A stretch of DNA of 64,000 nt. It comes from an uncultured virus (IMG/VR IMGVR_UViG_649633079_000003). Its lineage: Duplodnaviria > Heunggongvirae > Uroviricota > Caudoviricetes. This document shows, piece by piece, positions 28,895-39,993 of the stretch. Below the pieces are notes generated by a model. It ran no database searches. It saw only the letters and a program-made list of their open reading frames with translations, and was not told the DNA's origin. The stretch lies in IMG/VR virus record IMGVR_UViG_649633079_000003. The stretch is one strand, 5' to 3'. The stretch's first letter is position 1, and each line of letters begins with the position of its first letter. The position numbers and the translations under genes are program-made.

Positions 28895-29224
28895 GCGAAG
28901 CGGTTATAAATTGGTTCCACTTCACGTAGTATATGAAGTGTTTGCAAGCATGCACAAACACTAATAAAAGTAAAGGTTATGCCCCCATAACCGATGAGAT
29001 CACTCCTTTGTTTTTTAGGTCTCACTTATTCCCCCAATAAGAGAGCTAAAAACATAGAGGAGGGTGTGGATCATTTTTACTGGCAAGCGTTGTGGGGACA
29101 ACAATTGTCAAAAGAATGATCTGTACCAAACCATTGCTTATCCCCCATAAGCAATGGAAGTATAAGAATAAAGGGTTTCTCCAGATCTGGAGAAACCCTT
29201 TTCTATAAGGAGGTCGGGTGAAGG

Positions 29225-29791
29225 ATGCAAAAAATTGGAGAAATACACAGGGGAAATGCAAATATTTGGTACGGAATTGGGATTGGATTTGTCTTAACCG
29301 CCGTTTCATTATGGCTTTCCATATGGGCTTTAGACTTAGATATTTCTTTGTATTTACAAGCGAATAAGATTTGGGAAGTATTATTGATTTTACCGACGAT
29401 GTTACTGGCTTTTGTTATCCACGAATGCATTCATGTTGTATTGTTTAAACTTTTTGGAAAGGGAAAAGCGCGAATCAAGGTAAGTCGTGAAAAATCGGTA
29501 GGAGCAGTTGTTATGCATCAGGTTAATGAAGAGGTTTTTTATAAACGTTGGGAAATGATCATTATTCTGCTGTCTCCACTCATGTTGTTGTCCCTATTCT
29601 TCTACGGTTTGCATTTATGTATAACGATGCCCTTTTTAATCGTTGTTAATATCGTATTGAATGCGATAGGAAGTTCGGTTGATGTGTATGCTTCTTTGAT
29701 CCTGCTATGTAAGGGGTGTCCTAATATTGTAGTTAATTTTGATTCATCTATGGTCAAAATGAATATATATCATTTAAACAAAAAGCTGTAA
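29225..29791 (+). CDS. DUF3267-like membrane zincin metalloprotease
   Basis: HECIH within TM segments; NAIGSSVD. Confidence 0.7.
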   Translation: MQKIGEIHRGNANIWYGIGIGFVLTAVSLWLSIWALDLDISLYLQANKIWEVLLILPTMLLAFVIHECIHVVLFKLFGKGKARIKVSREKSVGAVVMHQVNEEVFYKRWEMIIILLSPLMLLSLFFYGLHLCITMPFLIVVNIVLNAIGSSVDVYASLILLCKGCPNIVVNFDSSMVKMNIYHLNKKL

Positions 29792-29927
29792 CGATCTTGT
29801 AGCATAAGATCGTTTTTTTATTACATTTGACACATATCTATTGACTATAGTGTAAAAACGATGTAATGTTGACTATACAGAATAAAATGAATAATTTGAT
29901 TACTAATCATATGAAAAGAGGAATGTA

Positions 29928-30701
29928 GTGATGAGTTTTTTGAAGAATTTGTTTGGTAATAAGAATAGTCAGACTGACAATGGTGTCCAGGCAACACAAA
30001 CATTGAATCTGTCGAAAGATGAAGCCGTGCAGGTGCTGAACCTTCGAAAAGATACGTTTGAGCTGGTTCTTACGAAAAACGGTTATACAGGAGGTCCTGC
30101 AAGAGTTGGAATCGTGCTGGATCAGTCAGGCTCGATGAGTTCGCTATATCGAAACGGGACGGTTCAATCGGTAGTGGAACGTTTGCTGCCTGTCGCCCTG
30201 CGGTTTGATGACAATGGAGAGCTGGATGTATGGTTGTTTGCTGACCGAAGTAAACGGCTAAACCCGGTCTCTGATCGCGATTTTTACCAATATGTAGATC
30301 GTGAAATTATGGGTAAACGTGAAAATCAAATTTGGGGAGGAACTTCTTACGCACCTGTTATGCATGATGTGTTTCAAAAGTATGTTGTAGAAGAACCCTC
30401 GAATTTACCAACCTTCATTACATTTATTACGGATGGAAACAACAGTGATCAAGCTGCAACAACAAAACTAATGAAGGAATTGTCTAAACATGGAATCTTC
30501 TGGCAGTTTGTTGGAATCGGTCACGAGCAATTTACATTTCTTCAAAAACTTGATGAACTTACAGGTCGTGTTATTGATAACGCAAATTTCTTCAAGTTGA
30601 ATGACGTTAACCAAATTTCGGATGAAGAATTGTATTCTCGATTGATGAATGAATACCCAGATTGGGAACGCAACGCCCGTCAACAAGGCATTTTGCGTTA
30701 A
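29928..30701 (+). CDS. vWA-domain protein (TerF-associated type)
   Basis: LDQSGSM, GGTSYAP, FITDG, FWQFVGIG, DNANFF. Confidence 0.85.
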   Translation: MMSFLKNLFGNKNSQTDNGVQATQTLNLSKDEAVQVLNLRKDTFELVLTKNGYTGGPARVGIVLDQSGSMSSLYRNGTVQSVVERLLPVALRFDDNGELDVWLFADRSKRLNPVSDRDFYQYVDREIMGKRENQIWGGTSYAPVMHDVFQKYVVEEPSNLPTFITFITDGNNSDQAATTKLMKELSKHGIFWQFVGIGHEQFTFLQKLDELTGRVIDNANFFKLNDVNQISDEELYSRLMNEYPDWERNARQQGILR

Positions 30702-30711
30702 GTATTTCTGA

Positions 30712-31197
30712 ATGAGCAAGGGATTGATCGTTTATTTTGTTGCCATTCTGTTGATCTTCGGTGTTGTGTATGGGGGAGTTCCTTATTTACAGGGGATTTC
30801 CCCATCTAACCAAGGGATCAACAAACAGGTGCATGTTATTCATGGAATTTACAATGCTGACGTGAAACCTCTTAAAATCGGGAAATATACTTCTATGTCG
30901 ATCGAAAATCTGAACAAGAACGAACGTAATTTTGTAAATACTGTAAAGCGTGACCGAGGTGTTTTTCAAAAAAATGATCTCGTCATTCTTTCCATAGGAA
31001 AGCAATCTACGGATCAAAAAATATCCTTTGTTCGTCAAGATATACGAACGAATGAAGTTCGCATCTATGTCAAAGTAGAAGAAAAACACAATCCGACCCA
31101 AAAGTCTTATATACCGTACTTGCTTGGCAAGATCTCTATTCCTGCTTCCATACCACTTAGTTTTATAGATCAAGACACGGGAAATCTGCTCTATTGA
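30712..31197 (+). CDS. Membrane-anchored hypothetical protein
   Basis: N-terminal TM. Confidence 0.65.
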   Translation: MSKGLIVYFVAILLIFGVVYGGVPYLQGISPSNQGINKQVHVIHGIYNADVKPLKIGKYTSMSIENLNKNERNFVNTVKRDRGVFQKNDLVILSIGKQSTDQKISFVRQDIRTNEVRIYVKVEEKHNPTQKSYIPYLLGKISIPASIPLSFIDQDTGNLLY

Positions 31198-31422
31198 ATT
31201 CATCGATATACAAAATTGTGGCGGTCAACATTATGTTGACCGCTTTTCTATTGGATTATTCTGTGGTGCATATAATACAAAATCACAGAACAGAAGGAGT
31301 GCTTTTGTATGGCATTTTTTTGCGTGTAAGTAAGAAGATTTTGTATTCGCCAGTTCGTCAATGGAGCAGTTGATAGATATACGGGGCTTAGAATAAAACT
31401 TTTTTGGGGAGGATCTTGAAAG

Positions 31423-31764
31423 ATGAGAGACGTAGATATGGATCGATTAGTAGTTGTAGATGTTCTACAAAGGGAAGAGGATATGGTTGCAGGTGAAGAT
31501 TTTATAGGACTAAAAGAACCTTCTGGAGAGATTCGTGTATTCAAACCTTCTCAATCCATGGATGATGCTATGGAAGTGGCTAAATACGTTCATTTATTTG
31601 AGGATGGGTATATTCTTCATTATATTAAGGGAGCTTTTACACAAAAGTGGATTTGGCAGATATCCAGAGTAACTGAAGATGGTATCCAAGGATTTACCTC
31701 AGGGGATACGCCAGCATTAGCCATTTGCATGGCTTGTCTGCTTAAAAGTGGATTAAAGAAGTAG
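31423..31764 (+). CDS. BC1872/phage ABA-sandwich-like protein
   Basis: FKPSQSMDDAMEV...GDTPALAICMACL. Confidence 0.6.
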   Translation: MRDVDMDRLVVVDVLQREEDMVAGEDFIGLKEPSGEIRVFKPSQSMDDAMEVAKYVHLFEDGYILHYIKGAFTQKWIWQISRVTEDGIQGFTSGDTPALAICMACLLKSGLKK

Positions 31765-31785
31765 AGGTCTAATATTCTTTAAAGA

Positions 31786-31980
31786 ATGGATGGGAAAAGG
31801 ATGAAAATAGATCAGAACAATGTATATAAATGTACATCTGAAGATAAAGAAAAAGCACGTGAAAGATTAAAGCGGAGGTTGCAACCGGCTTTTTCGGAGG
31901 AAGAATATTATGAGCATATCGCCGAGCAATATGACCGTTTTTGCGATGTTAGAAGGAAAGCCACAGAAGTTTGTCAATAA
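31786..31980 (+). CDS. Hypothetical protein
   Basis: Short ORF followed by a terminator. Confidence 0.5.
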   Translation: MDGKRMKIDQNNVYKCTSEDKEKARERLKRRLQPAFSEEEYYEHIAEQYDRFCDVRRKATEVCQ

Positions 31981-32209
31981 ATATATGAGCGCAACGAAGG
32001 GAAGGGGAATATCACCAATCCCTTCGTTGTTTTTTGTAAAGTGGATTTAAAGCGCATTTATTCAGATGGCTGTTGATGAGATATCTTCTTTTAAGAGAAT
32101 TAAATTATATTGGATTCGATATAAAGCTGTGATATAATCTGTTTTATAGACTATAGGCAATAAAATATAAAAATTGACCAAGTACATAAAGAGAGGAGGG
32201 ATAGTAGGC

Positions 32210-33552
32210 ATGCAGGCATTGTCTGACATCTTGGATACAACCGGGTTATTCTACTACATGACGATGAAAGATTATGAACGCAGTGAACGGAAACAAAGAA
32301 AATACAAACCCAGACTTATAAGGCGCGTTTTTCCGACGGAGAAAGCTCGTTTGATTCAAAATGGAAATGCAATGTATACATCCTTGTTTGATTTCAAAAT
32401 TCTCCGAAGGTATGTAGATAAAAAGCTAAGAATTGAATCCTATGAAGAGTTATTTAGATTTTTATCACAATTGCCGTTTCACGAATGCATGAATCCTGCT
32501 ATGACTCTCGACACCTATTTTCCGTGTAAATATATTTTTGGAAATTATGCTTGGATTACTCAAGACTCCAATGGTCATTATCGATATTTCTCAAAAAAGA
32601 AATCGGGTGATGCGGTTAGTTTTGATTTACTGGATTTGATTGAGATTGCTTATGGCATTCCCACCATGGAAGCCGTTGAAAAGGCAACAGATATTTTTTC
32701 GATTCGATTTATGGAAGAGGTATGGAAAAAAGAGCAAAAAGAAAAATATATTCGAAATTATCAGTTTATCAAGTCTGAGATTCAAGACGAAAATCAATAT
32801 CCAATGTTGTATCGCTATCTTCGTGAATTTGCTCCTCTATTAGAAGCATTAAATGCATTAGGGACGTTGCACATACACAAAAAAGAGTATTCATATAAAA
32901 ATCACAACTCTTTTTTTGCCTCCAGTTCCCATATTACAAATGTGATGGGTATGTATACCTCATCCAAAATTGCGAAGCTTTTGAATGTATTTGCTGTTTT
33001 AGGTTTGATTGAAAAGGTGCCAACGTCTGAACTTCATCCTTTGTTTTTAAAAGAATCTTTAAAAATAACGGAGCAGAGATGTTTGGGGAATTCAGTGAGT
33101 TTTTATATCGTTCATTCCTTTAATCAAATGGCTGAGGAGGCAGAACGAAGAGCTGCTCTTCTAAACCAAAATGGGATTAGGTATTCGAATATCAGCAAAA
33201 CGGTTCTTTCCAAAGTTTTCGGTCTTGAGTTTGCTGAATCGATTTATGTACAAACCATTCAAAAAAATAAAAAAAGCAAGCAAAGCGGCTTGAAGTTGTG
33301 CAACATCAGTTGGAATTAAACTTCTTGGAAAGAGCTCGCCGAGCGTCTGTTGTTACGAAGAGTAATGTTTTGGAAGAAGAGGTTGGAGAGTTAACCGAGA
33401 AACAAAAGAAACATCATTTGAATCAAATTTGGACGTACCTCATGGAAAAATACCATTGCGAATATATCAAACCTACGGCCCAAATGAAAAAAGAGTTTGC
33501 ATTAAGCACATTTGAGTACATCGCGATTCCGAAAGATCGATCTTTACTGTAA
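32210..33552 (+). pseudogene. Putative DNA-binding/replication-type protein split by a -1 frameshift in an A7 run
   Basis: ORFs 32174-33319 and 33298-33552 join if one A is added at 33269-33275; wHTH-like segment present. Confidence 0.5.
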
Positions 33553-33568
33553 CAATCCATGAAGGGAG

Positions 33569-34378
33569 GTGCTAAAAATACTACTTCACCACAAGGTAAT
33601 TGCTCATTCAAAGTCCCGAGAGTGGATGATTCTGATTCATGGGATCGGTGGCAGTTCTTCAATTTGGTTTAAGCAAATTCGAGATTTACGCAAGGTTTTT
33701 AATTTAATACTGATTGATTTGCCTGGTCACGGAGGGAATGAACAAGGAATATGTGATGATGATGATCGTTCATTATTTCGAATTGCCAGACAAGTATTGA
33801 GGGTGCTGGATCACCGTCAAATCCATGCAGCCCATTTTGTAGGGATATCACTCGGTACCATTATTATTCAAGCGGTACAGGAGCTATCTCCTGAGAGGGT
33901 GAAAACGATGATTTTGGGCGGAGCGGTTGAACGAATCTATAAGCCTTTATTAACGTTCTTGAAACTCATGGAATGGATTAAATTTTTGGTTCCTTATATG
34001 TGGTTATATCGGATGGCGGCATACCTGTTAATGCCAAGGAAGCGGCATGCTGAAGCCAGGCGGGTTTTTATCCAAGAGGCTGTTCAATTGGGGCAAAAGG
34101 AATTTTTTTGTTGGTATAACCTACTTTGTCGTGAGCTCAATCCCTTTTTTGAAAGAAAACGAATTTACGATGAAACGCCTACCTTATATATCATGGGTGG
34201 CGAGGATTTTATGTTTTTGCCTACGATTAAAACCCATTTCTATCACTTGAAAAATAGCCAACTCTACATCATCCATAAATGTGGACATGTTTGCAATATT
34301 GAAAGGGAAAAGGTATTTAATCATCGCTGTATCGGTTTTATTCGCTCAAATGGTATGTATTCAAGCAAAGCGAATTAG
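33569..34378 (+). CDS. Alpha/beta hydrolase
   Basis: HGIGG, DLPGHG, GISLG nucleophile elbow, CGHVCNIE. Confidence 0.88.
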   Translation: MLKILLHHKVIAHSKSREWMILIHGIGGSSSIWFKQIRDLRKVFNLILIDLPGHGGNEQGICDDDDRSLFRIARQVLRVLDHRQIHAAHFVGISLGTIIIQAVQELSPERVKTMILGGAVERIYKPLLTFLKLMEWIKFLVPYMWLYRMAAYLLMPRKRHAEARRVFIQEAVQLGQKEFFCWYNLLCRELNPFFERKRIYDETPTLYIMGGEDFMFLPTIKTHFYHLKNSQLYIIHKCGHVCNIEREKVFNHRCIGFIRSNGMYSSKAN

Positions 34379-34411
34379 AAATTGAAAACACAAAAAAGGA
34401 GGTAACAGGCT

Positions 34412-35284
34412 TTGGGAAAGTCAGAACAATTAGATGATTATTCTGTATTTGACTATGTATGGTATTCCTTTCTGTTGGGGCTTTGCTTTTTTATGCCTGC
34501 GTTTTTAATTTTCGTAATGGATACCGTAATGGATGTCCCTGCAACGGAAAACCACATTGTAATGGACTTCTTGCAACTTAGCTATCACATAGTTATAGGA
34601 TTTCAATTCGAATCTATTGTAAGAAAATTATCGTTGTTTTGGGTTGTATTTGTAGGTATTGGCGTGATGCTTAAACTGTTTTTATCTGTTCGTTTAATAG
34701 ATAAGACCCGACCCTTTATGGGAGGGATATTGATCACCTTTGCAACTTCCTTTGGAATTTTTGTAGGTGTGGCTTTAATTGCTCATTGGAGTAACTCGAT
34801 TGAAAACCACCTTTACTCTTTTTTTATCAATAATTTTAAAGATATCTTCGACTTCGATTATCCAAAAGAGATGAACGAAAGGAGTTATTTAATCATTTTT
34901 GAGAATCTGACTGTGTTTAATGTGGTTCATAACGGTATATGCGCTGTCCTCATTGCTGGATTCGGTTTAACTAAAATTTATCGTTTTATGAAATTGATCA
35001 TTTATTCCGTTTTATTTCCAATATTGTATGCATCACGATTTGAAAAAGGTTCCGTCTTATGGGGGAAGTTTATTCTTGAGGGAATGAAACTTATCGTCGA
35101 TACAATCGTCGGAATGGGGCTATTGATCTATTTTATTTTAACTAATATGAATGATGGAAGTCTACTCGGTAACTTACTTATCGGCATAGGATTTTTAGCC
35201 TTTGTAAGCATGGTCATGGTCTTCCTCAAGAAGAACACGCCTAAACTTTTACAGAACAACAACAGAAGATATGTAGCAGCGTAA
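34412..35284 (+). CDS. Polytopic membrane protein, possibly TrbL/VirB6-like
   Basis: Multiple TM helices; RFMKLII..LFPI pattern. Confidence 0.55.
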   Translation: MGKSEQLDDYSVFDYVWYSFLLGLCFFMPAFLIFVMDTVMDVPATENHIVMDFLQLSYHIVIGFQFESIVRKLSLFWVVFVGIGVMLKLFLSVRLIDKTRPFMGGILITFATSFGIFVGVALIAHWSNSIENHLYSFFINNFKDIFDFDYPKEMNERSYLIIFENLTVFNVVHNGICAVLIAGFGLTKIYRFMKLIIYSVLFPILYASRFEKGSVLWGKFILEGMKLIVDTIVGMGLLIYFILTNMNDGSLLGNLLIGIGFLAFVSMVMVFLKKNTPKLLQNNNRRYVAA

Positions 35285-35344
35285 AAGGTCTGCTATAGAT
35301 ATTCCTAATAATAAAACGCATTATACTGATGGGAGATCGTTGAT

Positions 35345-36442
35345 ATGGATTTGAAAACATTAAATGTATTAAGACGTTTGAATAGATATGCTTCCCCTAT
35401 AAAAGAAAAGCGTATTCAAGAAGAGGTGCTACGTGACTGTAGAGAAAAACGGGTTGGATTAACCAGGGATGAAATTATAGGACAAGGTTTAAATATTTAT
35501 GAAAAACGAGGAGAAAAAATTTCAACAATTATAGATGAGGCAATACATGAGGATTTAGTGCGTGTTTATTCTTTTAGAGAAAACAGTCGAGAGATCATGA
35601 TTACCCCAAAGGGGATTGAATCCATGATGAAAATTTACACAAGCGATTTTTCGAGTGATTTTGTTTCGTTTGAAAACGAATTGCGAAACAAAACGGAAGA
35701 GCTCGGTGAGTTGCCCTTAAAGAGGATGCTTGTTGCGAGTTTGTATTGGCGCGGGAAAACGGTTGAGGAGATCTGTCAGAAGTTTTTTAAAATGAGCCAT
35801 TATCATAAAAGTATACTGGGATATCATGAATATTTGTTGCAACGTTATGGACATATGTCCCTTGAGGATAAACAAATCTTTCACTTTCAGCCTATGCTAT
35901 TTCTTCCAAAGAAGTGGATGAATGAAGTTGTCACACTTGAAATCGAAGGAATTGATGCCCCTGACCAGATGATTCTGATGAAGCCATATCCGAATAAGCG
36001 TTATGTTGTAGCAGGTTGCAGATTTGGCAAAGAAAAAACATCCGCTGGTTTTTATCCTATCATTACAGATCCGAATTCCTTCCCCGAAAAACTTGATGTT
36101 ACTCTGAGATGGAAAGTTGGAGAGAAGTTAACTGTCGTTCATCATCTATTAATTGAGTTTAAAACCTTAGCGCATGACGGAAATTTGTTTTCAAGTGAGC
36201 AGCGTATTTCTCGAAGCTGTAATATGGACTCATTTAGCTTAACCACGTTCATGGAACAGGATGAACATTTAGGTAGAGGGCGTCATCAGAGGTATTTCAC
36301 TTTATTCACCTTAGGAAATAAGCATAGAGAGTATATCATTCAAGAAAAAGTGACTCTGACCAACTTTCCGATGCATTTACACGCTACATTCCATGCAGAT
36401 CGTCATTTTCAGCAATGGTTGGAAAAGAAAGAGATTGTCTAA
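35345..36442 (+). CDS. Hypothetical protein (possible N-terminal wHTH)
   Basis: 365-aa ORF; ITPKG wing-like motif. Confidence 0.7.
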   Translation: MDLKTLNVLRRLNRYASPIKEKRIQEEVLRDCREKRVGLTRDEIIGQGLNIYEKRGEKISTIIDEAIHEDLVRVYSFRENSREIMITPKGIESMMKIYTSDFSSDFVSFENELRNKTEELGELPLKRMLVASLYWRGKTVEEICQKFFKMSHYHKSILGYHEYLLQRYGHMSLEDKQIFHFQPMLFLPKKWMNEVVTLEIEGIDAPDQMILMKPYPNKRYVVAGCRFGKEKTSAGFYPIITDPNSFPEKLDVTLRWKVGEKLTVVHHLLIEFKTLAHDGNLFSSEQRISRSCNMDSFSLTTFMEQDEHLGRGRHQRYFTLFTLGNKHREYIIQEKVTLTNFPMHLHATFHADRHFQQWLEKKEIV

Positions 36443-36468
36443 AAAAAAGAAGCCCCTTAGTGTGTATT

Positions 36469-36529
36469 TGACTGTGACCCGTAAGATGGACACTTTGAAA
36501 AAAGTGACCCACTTACGGGTCACAGTTCA
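36469..36529. mobile_element. 61-bp MITE with IS3-family-like ends, inserted in a terminator loop
   Basis: TG...CA termini, actgtgacccgtaag/cttacgggtcacagt inverted repeat, ATT direct repeat on both sides. Confidence 0.7.
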
Positions 36530-36630
36530 ATTTGGCACAGGGGTCTTCTGTTTATTTGTCGATAAAGTTACTCTTATACGTGTAAATAATCAAATAGAAT
36601 AGATGTAATTAAGCCTTTTATAATAAATGT

Positions 36631-37146
36631 TTAATTAATTGCATCCCACAACAGTTTAATACGTTTTTGAACACGATCTTTCCTTGCAGATGCGCTCATA
36701 GTGTATGAACAGTATTCCGTATTCCGATATTCATCAGCAGAAAAGAACGTGTTTACCTTGTCTGTGAACACTTTTTTAGTCATATCACTTTTCATTGCTT
36801 TATCTGCGACTACGAATACAATTGGCAAGTTTTGACGCTTGGTTGCGTTACTTGAGGTGTTAATAATATCATCCATATAATTGATTAGAGAATACATTTT
36901 AATTTCGTCAACCTGCAAAGGTTCTTTCGAAGAATAGAAATCAAATCTCAATTTCTCTGCATATCCTTCTGATTGATTAAAGTAGAGGTACAAGCAAGTT
37001 TCTGTATTGCTAATAGAATATTTTTGATAGTTTGGAGAAATTGCTTTACTCTCTTTCAATAAATCATGTAATTTTTTTATCACATGCTTCAATCGATTGC
37101 CTCGAATCAAACGGTTCTCATATTTATTCATATTTTTTCCTCTCAA
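36631..37146 (-). CDS. Hypothetical protein
   Basis: 171-aa ORF. Confidence 0.65.
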   Translation of the reverse strand: MRGKNMNKYENRLIRGNRLKHVIKKLHDLLKESKAISPNYQKYSISNTETCLYLYFNQSEGYAEKLRFDFYSSKEPLQVDEIKMYSLINYMDDIINTSSNATKRQNLPIVFVVADKAMKSDMTKKVFTDKVNTFFSADEYRNTEYCSYTMSASARKDRVQKRIKLLWDAIN

Positions 37147-37163
37147 TCAAATCAACGTTTAAT

Positions 37164-37409
37164 TCAGTCTTCAGCCCATTCGCCATCAATATATACAAAA
37201 GTGATAGGCTTGATTTTAGTGAATCCATAAGTTTCAAGCTTATTCAAAATCTCGTCTATGATGCCGAACTCCGCCAAACTTCTTCCGTTCAAAATATCTT
37301 TGACCAATTTTTCAAACTCCGACTCACTGACCGCTTGTTCATTTATCAGTGTTACATGATAATCCTAAGACTCATATGGAACCTGAACTTCCAATTCATA
37401 TACGTTCAT
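37164..37409 (-). pseudogene. 81-codon ORF with a single in-frame TAG
   Basis: MNVYELEVQVPYES*DYHVTLINE...WAED; RBS ggag. Confidence 0.45.
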
Positions 37410-37560
37410 TTTACATGCTCCATTCTCATTATTTGTCACTTCTCTTAAGATCATGCCCATTAATTTCATATCATATAGTAATATGAATGTATTTCAAGAT
37501 CACACAATTAGATCGTAAGATTTCTTTTTCGTTGGTGAAAACCTATGAACCTAACGATCT

Positions 37561-37920
37561 TTACATATTGTATTGCTCAAAGACTTCGTCTAAACGTTTA
37601 TTGAAATCGGAAAAGAGTTTCCAAATGCTCATAAACGTTTCTTCATTCCAATTACCTTGTGTGAATATAACATCCCACCAACCAAAACACTTCTCGCTCA
37701 TGTCGTGTGAGAAGGCGAGCTTCCATCCAGCAATGTCTGTGGCGGCTTCAATATTGCGCCATATTGTTTTGAATTCTTTGGTTAATCTGTCGGCTGTTTC
37801 ATCGTTAATACTCGTGTTGTTACGAATGTAGTCCGTTTCTAATTCTTCCAAAGAGTTAACGGCGTCCATCCGTGCATGGATATGTGAACGAGGCATTTTT
37901 AGGAAAATAGAACGAAGCAC
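37561..37920 (-). CDS. Hypothetical protein
   Basis: ORF in the minus-strand cluster. Confidence 0.55.
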   Translation of the reverse strand: MLRSIFLKMPRSHIHARMDAVNSLEELETDYIRNNTSINDETADRLTKEFKTIWRNIEAATDIAGWKLAFSHDMSEKCFGWWDVIFTQGNWNEETFMSIWKLFSDFNKRLDEVFEQYNM

Positions 37921-38180
37921 TTGTTTTAAATCCCTTCATGTGCAAATCAGCCGCTATTTTTCCATCGCCTGTTTCATCAGGATAGTCCGTTTTATCGGCA
38001 ACAAATGATCTAAAAAGTGGCGGGATTTTAGCAAACTTCGGATCTTTGTATCTTTGCCAAAGAAGCACACCATTTACATAAATGTCTGCATCCGATGTCT
38101 CAATGTAAATCGTCGTCATCTTTTGTTTTGTTTCTTCAACTTGAACGATTGTTTCGTTAACTTTGAGTTCCTTTTTCATA
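37856..38180 (-). CDS. Hypothetical protein
   Basis: RBS ggaggg before MKKELK. Confidence 0.55.
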
Positions 38181-38294
38181 TTAAAAATCCCTCCGTAAAG
38201 TGAGTAGTGAATAAACATCCTTTTGCATTGTAATCTGTTTATTCTATGGAAATCCTTTCATTTTATAATAAATTACGTTTCCTTGCTTGAAGGA

Positions 38295-39182
38295 TTAACG
38301 CTGATGTCGGGATGAACGAGCCAGGCAGATTTTTAGAGTATAAGCATCAAGACGTTCCCTACTTTTTAAAGAAAGGAAACGTCCAGGGATTGAATTAAAT
38401 CCGTAATAGAGCCCTGCAATACCACCTACAAGAGAAGCAATCGTGTCTGCATCTCCACCTTCATTTACAGCTCCGATAACAGCTTCTTCAAAAGTCTCGC
38501 TATGATAGAGCCAATAGAGTACCCATATTAACGTATGAAAGGCGTACCCATTTGGAGGCAACTTAGGGGTTTGTAAAAAAGTATTTTCATAATCCGTGCG
38601 CTTGGTTGCTTCCATTATAGCATCCCTAATTGAAACTTGATTCATGATGAGAAAGGCGACTCTATTATAGATCAAGCATGATTGAGTAGAAATTGGATGT
38701 AGATGAGTCATTTCGGCTTGTAATGTGGTTAAGGTAACGATATCATCCCAAGAGTCATAGAGTAGCGCGACGGGAAGAGTTCGCATTAACGCTCCATTGC
38801 CAGCGGTTTTACCCTTTAATATAGAATGTACCCGTTTTGCAGTGCATTTCCAGTTGGTACCATGTAAAAGATATGCGTAAAATAGGGTTCTTCCGATATG
38901 CAAAAACTTAACTCTCTCTTTGTTGAATTCTTTTGTTAAGCCCGTTTCAGGGTTGTCCTTCAGTAGTCCGCGTAAAACGGCAAATGACAAACGGGTATCG
39001 TCTGTACCCGAGCCTTTTGTTTTTAGAAAATATGGAATTCCCCAGATCCCACTTTTATAATCTTCGACTTTGCCATAACGTTTTCGGATCCCATTTTTGC
39101 TTAAACATTCGACAGCAGCTCCAAGAGCATCGCCGATTTGTATACCGTATATGGCACCTTTGATGCTTTGTTCTAAATCCAT
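38295..39182 (-). CDS. ADP-ribosylglycohydrolase (DraG/ARH family)
   Basis: GDALG, TDDT, GNGALMR, THLHP, GGDADT. Confidence 0.9.
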   Translation of the reverse strand: MDLEQSIKGAIYGIQIGDALGAAVECLSKNGIRKRYGKVEDYKSGIWGIPYFLKTKGSGTDDTRLSFAVLRGLLKDNPETGLTKEFNKERVKFLHIGRTLFYAYLLHGTNWKCTAKRVHSILKGKTAGNGALMRTLPVALLYDSWDDIVTLTTLQAEMTHLHPISTQSCLIYNRVAFLIMNQVSIRDAIMEATKRTDYENTFLQTPKLPPNGYAFHTLIWVLYWLYHSETFEEAVIGAVNEGGDADTIASLVGGIAGLYYGFNSIPGRFLSLKSRERLDAYTLKICLARSSRHQR

Positions 39183-39335
39183 TGCAGTACCTCCCTTATT
39201 CTTGATCTAAGAGATTATAGATCGTGCCCCCCTTGCTATTCAGAGGTAAAGCCTGATCGTGAGCAAAGATGGGAAAATAAACATTTCAAACGTATAGAAT
39301 ACGTAGTAGACACAACATAGGAGGAGGGATAAGGT

Positions 39336-39857
39336 ATGATTTTGTCAGGACTTGAAATAAAGAAACGCTTGGGGAAAGATATATTAATCTCCGATTTTAG
39401 TGAGAAGAGACTGAATCCGAACAGTTACAACGTAAGGTTGCATACTCAATTAGTTGTATACGACGATAAAATTCTCGATATGAAACGAAACCATCACATA
39501 CGGACGATGACTATTCCAGAGGAAGGGTTGGTATTAGAACCAGGCATCTTGTACCTGGGGCGAACGGTAGAACATACAAGCACCGAAAATCTGGTGCCCA
39601 TGCTGGAGGGTCGATCTTCCATAGGACGATTAGGTTGTTATATTCACGTTACGGCGGGTTTCGGAGATGTTGGTTTTAATGGGTTTTGGACTTTGGAGAT
39701 TTCCGTGATTCAACCCCTTCGAATCTATCCTAATGTGGAAATTGGTCAGATATTCTACCATACAATAGAAGGCGAATTCGAGAAATATAAAGAGGGAAAA
39801 TATCAGAACAATCAAGGAATTCAAAGTAGCCAGTTGTTCAAAGATTTTGAAAAGTAA
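39336..39857 (+). CDS. dcd: dCTP deaminase
   Basis: NPNSYNVRL, GRSSIGRLG, TAGFGDVGF, TLEI, KYQNN. Confidence 0.92.
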   Translation: MILSGLEIKKRLGKDILISDFSEKRLNPNSYNVRLHTQLVVYDDKILDMKRNHHIRTMTIPEEGLVLEPGILYLGRTVEHTSTENLVPMLEGRSSIGRLGCYIHVTAGFGDVGFNGFWTLEISVIQPLRIYPNVEIGQIFYHTIEGEFEKYKEGKYQNNQGIQSSQLFKDFEK

Positions 39858-39993
39858 AATGAAGTGATTAACGCTTTTTGGATTACTATAACGAGCCGAT
39901 ATAAAAAACTGGCTTTAAGTTTATAACCGGATTTTTAGTATACCAAAATGACAAAAACGAGGTTCTTCCCATAGGAATAGGCCTCGTTTTTGT

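Noticed and set aside
33261..33276. Programmed -1 ribosomal frameshift
   Set aside because: The A AAA AAG heptamer is not in the zero frame, and no stimulatory structure is evident
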